From: Saccostrea echinata
Taxonomy: Eukaryota
NCBI RefSeq assembly: GCF_033153115.1
Contig: NW_026889750.1
Span: forward strand, 7,812,001 to 7,876,000
Direction of reading: 5' to 3'
Length of the DNA stretch: 64,000 nt
In this document: positions 11,001 to 23,600 of the stretch, piece after piece
Layout: every line of letters begins with the position of its first letter
How positions within the stretch are numbered: position 1 is the stretch's first letter
Made by a program: the position numbers and the translations under genes
The notes under the pieces: generated by a model
Told to the model about the DNA's origin: nothing
The model's database searches: none
The model's input: only the letters and a program-made list of their open reading frames with translations

Positions 11001-14000
11001 TTAAAGTTTGGTAAAATTTTGCAAAACTGGGTGAAACTCTAAGGTCAAAAGGTCAAATATGGTGGTACCCAAAGAAAGGTTTTTTCACAAGGAATACACA
11101 TGTGAAATATGAAACTCATATCTCTAACTAATCAAAAGTTATGGTCAATGTTAAAGACAAACAGACACAGACAGACAGACAGACAGACAGAGCAAAAACT
11201 ATATACCCTCGAATCTTCGATATAATCTTCGGGGCATAAAAATAGTTTGACTCCATATTTACGTCTTTATATTATATAATTTCTTTAGAGCCCCCCCCCC
11301 CAATTTTTTTCATTGGTGTTTAGAGGTTCCTTAAACTAATTAATCACGTTATTTTTGTGTTGTAGTGCTTTTTAAGGATAGTTTTTGATTCGGAATGGTA
11401 GGGTTAGTATAATAATGCAGTCTCTTGTAATCAATCTATCAAAAACAGCTGGGCTATATGCGTTCTATTAAATGCTATAATAAGCAATTCCGACATCTTT
11501 CATGAAGAGAATTTTGCTTGAAAATGAAACTGTGTTAAATTTGTATAATATAATTAGTTAATTTCCTAATGTCATAAATATTGCATCCACGTAGCACAGT
11601 TAAGGCTGCAATAAGAATCGCCCATCCTTGTAAAGAATGTATTTTCTATCTAAAAAATTCGCCGATATTTCCATTTGGCACCTTAACTGTACTGCGCATG
11701 CTTGCTCCGTCAAATTAAATATTAATGTTTTGAAAAACGAATTTCGGCGAAAATATTGGACCCGTGGGGCTGGGATGTGGAATATCTGATTCAGTGTTTG
11801 TATGTAAGTCTCGTTCACTGCATGTTGAGAAGAANNNNNNNNNNNNNNNNNNNNNNNNNNNNNNNNNNNNNNNNNNNNNNNNNNNNNNNNNNNNNNNNNN
11901 NNNNNNNNNNNNNNNNNNNNNNNNNNNNNNNNNNNNNNNNNNNNNNNNNNNNNNNNNNNNNNNNNNNNNNNNNNNNNNNNNNNNNNNNNNNNNNNNNTGT
12001 GTCTATAATTCTTGGAAGATATCTGTTATGTCTTGTATTCTATATGCGACACTTTCCAATAATTTAATTTAGTATTCTTAAGCTGCTGTGAGAAACTTTT
12101 TATACACTTACAGCAAAATTGATATTACATAGCAAGATTCTCTCCTTGTATTCCAAGACTACGATAAGCTATAGCGTTTGCACAGAATATCTTAAAATAA
12201 ATCTCATTGAAAGCATTTTTTAAAAAAATTGTACAAATATTGTTTATATACAGTAAGTGTCTGAGGTATGTTAAAATCTCGCATTAAGCGATTGAGGGGC
12301 AGTATGAAAACCATCTATCCTTCTGTATTCAATAATTCAGAAGTAAAAAAAGAATTAGATTAGACGATCAGTACGTAGTGGTCCCTGCTGACAAAGCAGG
12401 TAACTACATTGTCTTTGTTTGTAAGGCTCATAAATTGTATTTTAGAGGAACTGGGATTTAAATCCAACTTATACACATAGCTCCCTTTCTAAGGAGGAAA
12501 TTCTTCAAAATCATATGTCAGTTTTGAATATTTTTAATATTCCCAACAACAAAAATGAATCTGAATTACCATATCTAAATTGGATTCCGAAACTTCATAA
12601 AAATCCTTACAAACAACGATACATAGCGGGTTCTACTAAATGTTCTACCAAGCCTCTTTCTTTACTCCTCACTAAGATATTAACAATAGTGAAGGAAAAA
12701 CTTCAAGAATACTGTACAACAATATATTCGAGAAGTAGTGTAAATCAGATGTGGATACTGAAAAATTCCAAGGAACTTTTGGAACATTTGAAATCACAAA
12801 ATTTTATCAAAATCATGATCAACACCATAAAAACTTACGACTTTTCAACTTTATATACAATTATTCCCTACGATAAATTAAAGTCCAGACTTTCTGACAT
12901 CGTTGACAGCTGCTTTTATCAATAAAAATGGAACTCGTAAATTTGTCATTGGTCATTTGCAAAGTTTCTTTGTTAAAAAACAATCTGATTGTACACACAA
13001 GTACTCTGAAGTTGACATTAAAAAGATGCTCGAGTTTCCGATTGACAATATCTATGTGGTTTTTGGAGACCAGGTCTTCCAACAATCTATTGGAATTTCC
13101 ATGGGTGCCAATTGCGCCCCGTTATTAGCAGACCTATTTTTGTATTCATATGAAGCAGAATTTATTCAAAATCTTTTACGTGAAAAGAAGAAAACACTTG
13201 CTGTGGCCTTCAACTCGACATTTAGATATATCGACGACGTATTGTCAATTAACAATGGTTATTTCCATTCTTATGTCAATACGTTATATCCCGGTGAGCC
13301 TGAGATAAAAGACACCACAGAGTCGGACACATCTGTTTCATATTTGGACATTTTATTAGAAAAAGACGTTAATGGTAATCTAACAACAAAGCTTTATGAT
13401 AAACGTGATGACTTTAACTTTTCAATCGTCAACTTCCCTTACCTATGCAGCAATATACCCTTGTCACCTGCATACAGGGTTTATATATCTCAGTTGATTC
13501 GATACGCCAGAGCATGCTCTACGTAGGAAACAATTTCTAAAATGAGGTAAGTTATTGACAAACAAGTTGATGAAACAAGAACATCAACAGTCTCATTTAA
13601 AGTCATCATTTCGTAAGTTCTATGGTCGATACAATGACCTTGTCAGCAAATACAATCTATTATTAAGTCAAATGCTGACTGACGTTTTTCATACAAATTG
13701 TTGGGCCATTATTTATACACTGAATTGTCGACGAATTTTTCCGTTATTTCCCGATCATGACAAGGAGCACACGGCGGGTATGACCGGTCAGCAGGGGATG
13801 ATCACTCCTCCATGGCACCTGATCCCACCTCTGCTGTCTTAGAGGTCCGTGTTTGCTCTGCTCCTATTTTGTAATGTTTAATGGACTTTTGAGTTTGAAT
13901 ACTGTTCGTTATCTCCAAATATTTCATCTAATATGTTAGAGTTCTTTCAGGTGTACCAAGCATTGAAATACATTCCCCTGGATTGGAGCATGATGAAGAA

Positions 14001-15404
14001 GGCGAGAAACTTATCTTTACATGTACAGTTAGATCTATTCCGGAAGCAACAATAGTGGAATGGGGAATTCAGCAAAGTCCAGAAGATGTTTTTAGAAAAA
14101 TAGATGTGCATGACCCTATGTATATTGGATCAACAGTTTCGATGCCATATCCAGTTTTAATGGTTCATAAATATTACCAAACATCATCTCAAATATATCT
14201 CATAAAAGTCACCAATTACATTGGAGAAACAACTGAAGTTATTCAGGGTATTTTTTATATTCTTATCGTCTCATATTTCTTTGATAAAATTATTAGTATT
14301 CTTAAATCAAGGATGACATTTAATTAGATGATAAAAAATACTCCACTGATAGGAATGAAAAAACACCTTTTGTACATTACGGTCCTATGCTTTTATTGCT
14401 GTAATTTACTTTGAAATAACAAGGTTAATGACCAACTTTTCAAGCTAGTACCCTCTCCCTATTCCTAGGAAAAATACTTTTTTACACTATGACTAATATT
14501 TTCCTTATTTAAAAAATATAACCAGTATCAAATCTTTAGGATAATAAAATATGTTGAACATGGGATAGTGTTGCTGTATAAAAATAAACAAAAAGAGTTT
14601 GAGCAATAGACTTGTTAGTAATTCTTCTGGATTTCCTTCGTCGATTTTCGAAATTCTACCAAAGTTTAAATATAATTACAAATTTTACTAAAAACTGAAT
14701 GATTGGAACTGTAAACTGTTTATGGCCTCATTTTTTTTATATTGCCCTTATTCTGTTGGTGTTAAAATTATATGGGATCAATGATCATATTCTTGAGATA
14801 TGATGCCTGGAATAGCTTTTGTTCATGTTTAAGATTTTTTTTCATTGCATGTCATTGAATGATATGAAAAAATACATGAGCCTTAACAAACACAAAATTT
14901 GCAAAATTGTAATAAAAACACATCGAAACATAGGTTTCAAAATATTTTCGTAAAATAAATAAATAATGAATAGATAAACAAAATGAAAAATAAAATTTAT
15001 TCCGAATTTCCTCTACATTACCATAAATCTATCTTTGTTCTTGCATTTTTATTTCAAATTGTAAACTTTAAATTTTGATATTGGTAAGGATTTATTTTTT
15101 CAATTGTGAACATTTTTTTTTATTGAAGGTATTGTACTTTTAAGCAACCTTGAGTAAACGTTAACCTTGATGAAACTAATGAATTCCATTAAATAATGTA
15201 ATTAACAAAAACATTTTGTTCTCTGTATAGATTCATGATTAAAATATTCGATGGTTATAATTAGAGCAGTGAACATTTTGTAAATACATGTAGATGTGTT
15301 AAAGTAAAAATACTTTGATTAAATAATTTACAGACCAAACACACAGACGGATGGACCCCTGCCTGAATTCTAAAGAAGATGGTAAGCAAAAATATTTTTA
15401 GAGA

Positions 15405-15495
<91 letters not shown>

Positions 15496-17637
15496 CAATA
15501 AGCACTATAAAACCCCCCGAAACACTGCATATTTACATTCTACTTGTATTTTGCTTATAAAGTGTGTGGTAAGCTACAGCATTCAAAACACTACTTACAT
15601 TTGCCAATGTCTTTCCTTATATGACAATACTAATTAAATTGACATTCAATTTTCAATGACATGTAGTTGGTCACATGATCAGACTATCTTGTGTAAGGAA
15701 AGCAAACTGCACGAGCTGTTTGGAAAGTTCGATTGTGACGTAAATTGACGTCGTAGGTACATTATGTTGCATTTCCATAACAAAGGCTTAATAGTGCCTA
15801 TTTTTCCTTGTAACACGAATAAAAGTAAACTATAAATATTAGAAATAAAATACCATTTTTTAGAGTTTCATTGGGATATGACATGAAGTCGGTACGTGAT
15901 CAAATCTACTATAACGCCCTTCAGGTGACCGACTTCATGTCATATCCCAATGAAACTCTAAAAATGATATCTTATTTCTTAAGGACGTTCGATCCTGAGC
16001 TTTTGAGCAGATTTTGGTCTGGAGCTTTATTTCTAAAATTCTGCATTATTTTTAAGTTCTAACATTAAATCTGGATTCTACAATGCAAATTATACTATAT
16101 CCAATGAAAAAACGCGATTAAATTCCATTCAAATAGGATTAAGCCAGGAACTATATTTTGTGGCGGAAGATTTTTTTAGAAGAAAATGATCATTTTTTCC
16201 CTTTTGAAATATATACAGTACTGTTAAGTTTAGATTCCTATTTTTCCATGCTGGTTGCACACAGAGCTATTTTGTGCATTGATATGTTTAATGCTGGTTC
16301 TAAATTATTAATTAAATCAGTTTTGGTGAATTTTATCATCATATTGTGACAAATATAGAAAATATATTCTGAAACTCCAGGAAAAAATTGAGCCAATTTT
16401 ATCACAAAATTAACAGTTTTTTAGTAATATCTAAAAAATAACATCATAGACCTCCACTTTTGATTTTCTTTTCTGAATATATAAGATAACTCTGATCAAT
16501 CTACTTAAATTCAGCAAAAGTTTAAGACTTTAAAATATTTTTCTTGCTTGTTAAATTTTTAATGCCCGAAAAATGACATTTTGTGAGTGCAGAAAGGTCA
16601 AATAATTGATTATGCGAAGCAATTTGAAAATTTTTCTTTGTCATAATTTTAATGTGCCTTTTTTAAAAGAGAATAATAACATACTTTGTCCCATGATTTA
16701 TTTGGGAAAAAAATATTGGAGGGAAAACGTCGAAGATGTTATTTTTGATTAAGACACAAATTCAGTGCAAAAAGGTCATTTTAAATGTACTGTAGCGCCA
16801 AAAGAAGCATATTGACCCCCATTTTTTGTTTTGATTTTTAATTAAGCTATGTGTGTACAAGCTAAAAATATACTTGACCAAAAAAGTTTAAGACTTTAAA
16901 TATCAGGATCCAACGTCGTTAAATAACACGAACGGGAGGTCAAAAGGTTAAGGTATGACATTTTGACGTCACAAACGTTGAACGCCGTGCAACGTCATAA
17001 GCGAAAATCACAATTCATGCTCATATTGAAAAGTAGCTCTTGCTATGGCTCTTCCATTAATTGTAATTTATTCGAAGGATAATACAAGGATTTTATAATT
17101 TTTGAAATCTCTCAAAAAATAATGATTTATTGCTTAAATATCCTATGTGTCGAATCCACTAAATAGATAGAATTGGTCACGGATGGAAATTTACATAGAG
17201 CACTGACAATGACCATTGACACGAACAAAAAATGTACTATTGCCAGTGCGAATTCCTTTGAATAAACATACTCATTTATGGAACTTCTCATTCCCTAACA
17301 TTTTTATTTATCAGTCACGAACCCAATCACGATTATTATTAGCAATTCAAGAAACCGCATTCACTCTCCATTTGAATAAACCAAACAAACACCTAGGTAT
17401 GTTGCAGGTGAAAGGGTGGAGGCGGCTAAGAATTTGAAGTTATCCAATGCACGTGTACTTTTCACGGCTTCCTAAAAGAAACTAAAAAGAGACGCTATAA
17501 AACAGACCGAGAACAGATTTTTCTCAGATTGTTCTCGTTTCCAAAAAAAAAAATCACTTGCACTTGTCTCTCCTAATTTGCTTCATAGGATAATGCAAAC
17601 GCGATAACTCTTTCTATATATACTCATTGCATTCCAA

Positions 17638-17685
<48 letters not shown>

Positions 17686-20600
17686 ATAAGTAAAACTTAG
17701 AATTCATTTATGTACAGTTCCCAATGAGAATTCCTTTGAATAAATTTACTCATTTATGGAATTTCTCATCCCTAAAATTTCTTTTTATTAATCACAAAAC
17801 CCAATCACGGTTATTGTAATATCGTAGCATTTCAAGAAACCGCCTTCACTCTCCATTTTAATAAACCACAAAACACTTAGGTATGTTGCACTTTGCCACT
17901 AATGTGACTTAAATTATTGCAAATAATTGTAATTGATTATGTAGTACTTGCATTTGCCTCTCCTAGTTGGCAAGGCCAAAACCTCCAAGAATAATGTAAG
18001 CGTGATAATTTTTTCTATATTCACTCAGGGCATTCCCATGTCCAGAAAAACTTTGAAGTGAAATATATATCGTAAATCTGGAAATTTTTGCTGTAGATAA
18101 ATTTTTAGCAAATTTGCGCATGCATTGCATTCGCAAAAATATTTTTCTTAAAAATAAATCAACAACAAAAAATGTTTTTATCTAAAGATTACTTAAAGAT
18201 TACATCGTTATATATATTTTATGTACATGTGTGATTTATGAAATTGTTATGAAAACTTTCAACACTTTGGATGATTTATCTTTTCTAACATTTTTATCTG
18301 ATTATTGAACGTTGGCGTAGTGTAATAGTGTATGTTTTATTCGTAATTTATTGTATGTACATGCATAACTTACAAACGTTTAAGAAAATTTTAAGAGCTT
18401 TTTATATATTAGTTCAAATGACGATTCGCAAAAATTTTAAATGTAAAAATTAATCAACAGACTTTTGACCCAGATTCGCANNNNNNNNNNNNNNNNNNNN
18501 NNNNNNNNNNNNNNNNNNNNNNNNNNNNNNNNNNNNNNNNNNNNNNNNNNNNNNNNNNNNNNNNNNNNNNNNNNNNNNNNNNNNNNNNNNNNNNNNNNNN
18601 NNNNNNNNNNNNNNNTATCGAAATGGGGCCTTGATGGTTATGTTTGCCAATCTGTTGGACGATCTAGCAGAACTTTTTCCAGAATACAAACTCAAAAGGC
18701 TTAAATTTTTACTTCGTGGTGAGTGACATGTATTAAATATATTGAGTCATAAGTTTATTTAACGAATAAACATTTAAAGTTGAACAATAGTATTATTTCC
18801 ATGATTTCGAGTATATAAAGTGTTGTTCCAAACAAGCCGAAATTATGTATTTGACTCTGAAACAAAAGACAAAGAAAATTGACTGAATTGGTTGTGTGAC
18901 TTTTAAATTATACTTTAGTACACATAACTATGTTTAGAATTGATGGGAAAAGACACAGAGACCATGATGGAAGCAGAATCCATGAGAGAAATTTTACAAG
19001 TTTTGAGACAGAAAAATATATTCTCTCCAAAAGACGTCTTAACAATGCAATACTTACTAAGAAAAACAGAATGTGCTGAACTGTGCAACAAATGCACCGA
19101 TTATGCAAAGAAATGCAAAGCTCTGTGTTTCTTTGAAAATCAACCAGGTAATAGATATTCTTCATTACATGTCATTTCGTTCAAGTTTATTTTCCTATCT
19201 AACACTTCTACTACTTTTTGTAGAAAATGGATATAAACAGGCCAGGTTTCATGTAAATGGAAATGTCGAAGATTATTCAAAAGAAGATCTTCTTCGTATA
19301 CGAGATACGATCGCTGCTATGTTAGACTGTTCCACAGATTCTGTATCTATTGAAGGACTTCGACCATCTGAAAGCTTTGTAGTCGTTGTAGCTATAAAAC
19401 AGGAATACATAAATAGACTTTTAGAGCGCGCTCAAAACATTTTAGTTCATCTGTGTGATTTAAACGTCGATTACTTTGAATGTGATGGAGTCAAAATCTA
19501 TAGGCAAGGTAAGACATGTATACGTTTCCATGAACTTAAAACGTAGATGATAGATTGCACATTTGAAACTTCTGATTTTCCGTATTACCGAGCAGTCTAA
19601 GACTATTTGTTTTCGTCAAGTTTTTTGTCGGCCTAGATGAAGGTATTGTGAGCTTAATTAGGTAGTATTAATGCACACTATTTTCAAAATTTTGCTTAAT
19701 TTATACTCCAAGTAACGCACATAAAATCCATCTTAAAACTAATATTTCTCTCTATCATTTAAGATCTGTATTGAAAGAGAATCATTTTGTCTCATTAATG
19801 CTATCAAAAGTCTTAAGAATTTTTGCATAAAGTATTTTCATTACCGACACCTATATCTTCATTAAAGGTCAGAAAAATTTGGGGAAGGGAGGGTGTTAGC
19901 GTTGCAGTCCATCTAGTATGACCTTTCTACACAGTATTTGGAACACAAAAAATTACTTTTTTGAAACTTTAATGTATTCACCTGCGTGAATTATGACACA
20001 ACCAATTACACATTCTATGTAATATATCTAAAATAATGAAAAAAAATGTTCTAAATTACTTTCCATTATCAACAGATTTTTCTTCACCCATAAAATGCCA
20101 TTTTCTGGTATCTATCTTGATTCGATATATTCAACTGAACTCAAAATAAAAACACCACAGTCTGCACATCCGTTTCACATTTGGATGTTTTACAGAGACA
20201 AAAACATTTATGGCAAAATAACATCTTAACTCTTTTAAAAACGTGAGGACTCTGACTTTTCTATCGTCAGCTTCCCTCATGTATTTGTAGAAGGTAAGAG
20301 AGTGGTATTATGGTAATATGAAAAGGTGTCGGTAATATGTTTAGGTATTTGATTTCCACTTTTCTATTGAAGAGTGGGAAGAAGCAAAGAACACGGGAGA
20401 AAGCACTGAAAATAGTCAACATCATCCGTCTGGTAAAGATTCAATCATTGATTTCAATTATATCTCACTAATGTAATGCATTATTGCATGATGGATATCC
20501 TTCGGGGAAACCAAGGTTTTTAAGTCAAAAAGTAAATTTATGTAGTATAAAAAAGCGCATTTTTTATATTTGTTTATATATGTTTAATTCAAGTAGGCAT

Positions 20601-23600
20601 TCAAGAACAGAAAGAGAGATACACTATACCAGTTCAGTGCGTCTCTGACATAGACGAATATAATCTAGCATCACCACTTGAGTTTAGCTCGTTGTTGCCT
20701 CCTGGACCTTCAATAGCAATTGAAGAAATACCTTTCGATGATGAAAAACATGTACAAGAAAAACAAGATATGGAAGAAACAAAGGAAAAATTATTTGAAA
20801 GTTGTAAAATAACGACTGACAATGATGAGAATGAGACAGCTTTAAAAATTGTTTGCCAAAATAAAACAGAAATAGACAGCACGATAGGTAAGGGTTTTTG
20901 CAGTAAGTTTGAGCAGGCGTAAAGGTAATCAAAATAAAAGTTTAAAACACTTACCTTTGCTAATTCCTTTGCAGAGTCTGCTTCCTTAGAGGATAAAGAA
21001 GTTACTCTGGAGACCTATGAAGATCGGATGTATCAGAATGAATTAGCAGAACCTGCACAGAGAGGAAAAAACTGCATTATCATAGCCCCAACCGGGAGTG
21101 GGAAAACTATTGTTGCAATTAAAATTATTGAGGTATACACAATTAAGATACTTCATCATAATATTTTAAAGGGATTTCAATATATTAAAAAATAGATCAG
21201 CAATAGATAACTTAAGATATTGTTTTCAAGAGATAATTTTAAAGTGTTTTTCATTTACACTTCATTTCTTTTTATTCAAACAAATCGAATTTCAAAAAAA
21301 TATTGGCTATTTTCATACTTTAAAAAATCAGATATTTTCTTCATTATGCAATTAAGCATCATCTTAAAGCTAACCTGGGACATAAAGTCAAGAAGATTGC
21401 CTTTGTTGTGGACAAAAACAACTTGGCAAAGCAGCAGGCAGATGCAATTAAACGCTATATCGCGTGCAAACTAAAGGTTATATCAGGGGATACAATGCGT
21501 GAAGAAGAATTTACACAACTGTCTTCCCTTCTTCCACGGTGAGCTATTCATTAATGATTTTGTAACTGATATATGGTGGAATAAAATATGAATATAATTA
21601 TTTCTTTTTTTTTAATGCTTTTTGGGGTTTCTTGTAGGGTGACACAAGGTATAACACTTTAGCAGTATTTCATTGAAGTCTCTTCATCTTTTATCACACA
21701 TTTGATTAAATCCTAAGCAAGCGCGGAGAATTTACTATATTTTTACTTCTAGTGTCAGAACAATTGCAAGACAAGTAGTTTCTACTGACAATTACAGTTA
21801 ATGACAGTTTTAAGCAAGAACAAAAATCTTAAAAATTATCTTTCATTCAAAATCTTGTAGTTATGGTGGCAGCATTAGTAGTCAATTTTTCATTCCAAAA
21901 TTTTGCGTTTCACACATTATATATATAGGCCCAATATTTTTTTTTTTAATCCTATAAATATTGCATTCAGAAATGTCTAAATGCTTTTAAAGCAGAATTA
22001 TAACATCATTAGTGAATTGTGAAAACTCAGAATCCAAATATATGCATGTAGTCGGAAAACAGCTCTTCAGGGTTAATGTTTCTTGTTGTCTAACCCGACC
22101 TTAAATAAATATTGTCTTATCTAAGTAGTTTACCACAAAAAGGATAAACAAGAGGCCCATGGGCCACAACGCTCACCTGAGTAACTTTGGCCTTGCTGTT
22201 TTTCACCTGATCCCCTCTTGTAGTGTTTATTGTGGCCCCGCCCTACCCCCAGGGGTGATGATTTAAACAATTAGAATCTACACTACCACAGGATGCTTCC
22301 ACATAAGTTTCAGCTTTTCTGGCCCAGTGGTTCTCGAGAAGAAGATTTTTAAAGATTTTTACTACATATTTCAATGTAAAACTTGGATTCTCTATTGTGG
22401 CCCCGCCCTACATCCGGGGGTCATGATTTGAACAATTTAGAATCTACACTACCCCAGGATGCTTCCACATAGGTTTCAGCTTTTCAGGCCCATTGGTTCT
22501 TGAGAAGAAGATTTTAAAAGATTTTTACTACATATTTCAATATAAAACTTGGATTCCTTGTTGCGGCCCCGCCCTACCCCCCGGGTTCATGATTTGAACA
22601 ATTTAGAATCTTCACTACCCCAGGATGCTTCCACATAGGTTTCAGCTTTTCTGGCTAAGTGGTTCTTGAGAAGAAGATTTTTAAGATTTTTACTACATAT
22701 TTCAATGTAGAACTTGGATTCCCTATTGTGGCCCCGCCCTACCCCCGAGGGTCACGATTTGAACAATGTAGAATCTACACTACCCCAGGATGCTTCCACA
22801 TAGGTTTCAGTTTTTCTGGCTAAGTGGTTCTTGAGAAGATTTTTAATGACCCCACCCAATTTTTGTCTTTTCTTGATTATCTCCCCTTTGAAGGAGACTT
22901 CACTTGAGTTTTCAGCTCAGATGAGCTAAAAAGGCAGAAATAAGTATATTTTTTAAGAAAAATTTTCTTGCTACAAATAATTATGTTAATGGAAAATAAT
23001 AAATTATTGTATTTTTGTATATTTTATATTTATTTCAATGTGCCAGAAGTCCTTTTACTCATAACAATAAAAGCACTTAATAAAATCATGTTTTTGAGAA
23101 CAAAGCTGCAGGAAACTGTTATTTACTTTCTTGGTTAATGTTCTTACAATAACAGCAACTTATATTTACAGTTATGTAAAAAGAAAAAAAGGCTTGAGAC
23201 AGATAGCTTTGAGACCTTTTCATTTCACTTAAGCTCCCAGCATGGGGTATCATAGTTCAATGCAAATTTCACATCTAAAATCTACCAGCTTCAATTGGCT
23301 ATAAGTTATTGTTGACACATTTAAAGAGGTATGACGCACATAGTATACGACATGGCTTACTTCCCTTTTTGTATAATTAAGTAGTTTTTCTGATATACAT
23401 TCCAATGGACAGAATGATGTATCTACTTTTCATATAAACGTACTTGTTTTATTTAAGCAGGATTTTGAATAATGTTTTTTTTTAATGCAGAAAGGAGTTA
23501 CTTTTCTTCTATATCTGAAATCTGGGAAGAAACAACAATTATAGGTGGCGCTTCATCTAGCTGTAATATCGAATTTTGAAAAAAAAAAAAGTATATTTGG

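Noticed and set aside
11756-12072. ORFs containing X runs (also 18450, 24514, 26421, 32443, 53907, 60084)
   Set aside because: Artefacts of N-gaps. The real DED exon after the 18481 gap is in a different frame from the listed ORFs.
12515-13842. Reverse transcriptase as part of the immune gene or a retron-like system
   Set aside because: Frameshifts, stops, 5' truncation and multiple decayed copies show intronic Penelope-like insertions. The in-frame TGA near 13542 fits CGA-to-TGA decay, not selenocysteine.
7484-14327. HEPN-Ig exons as a stand-alone cell-surface Ig receptor
   Set aside because: No signal peptide, no TM exon and no terminal exon found; the last exons end in open phase-1 donors. 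A separate cytoplasmic gene cannot be fully excluded because of the gaps.
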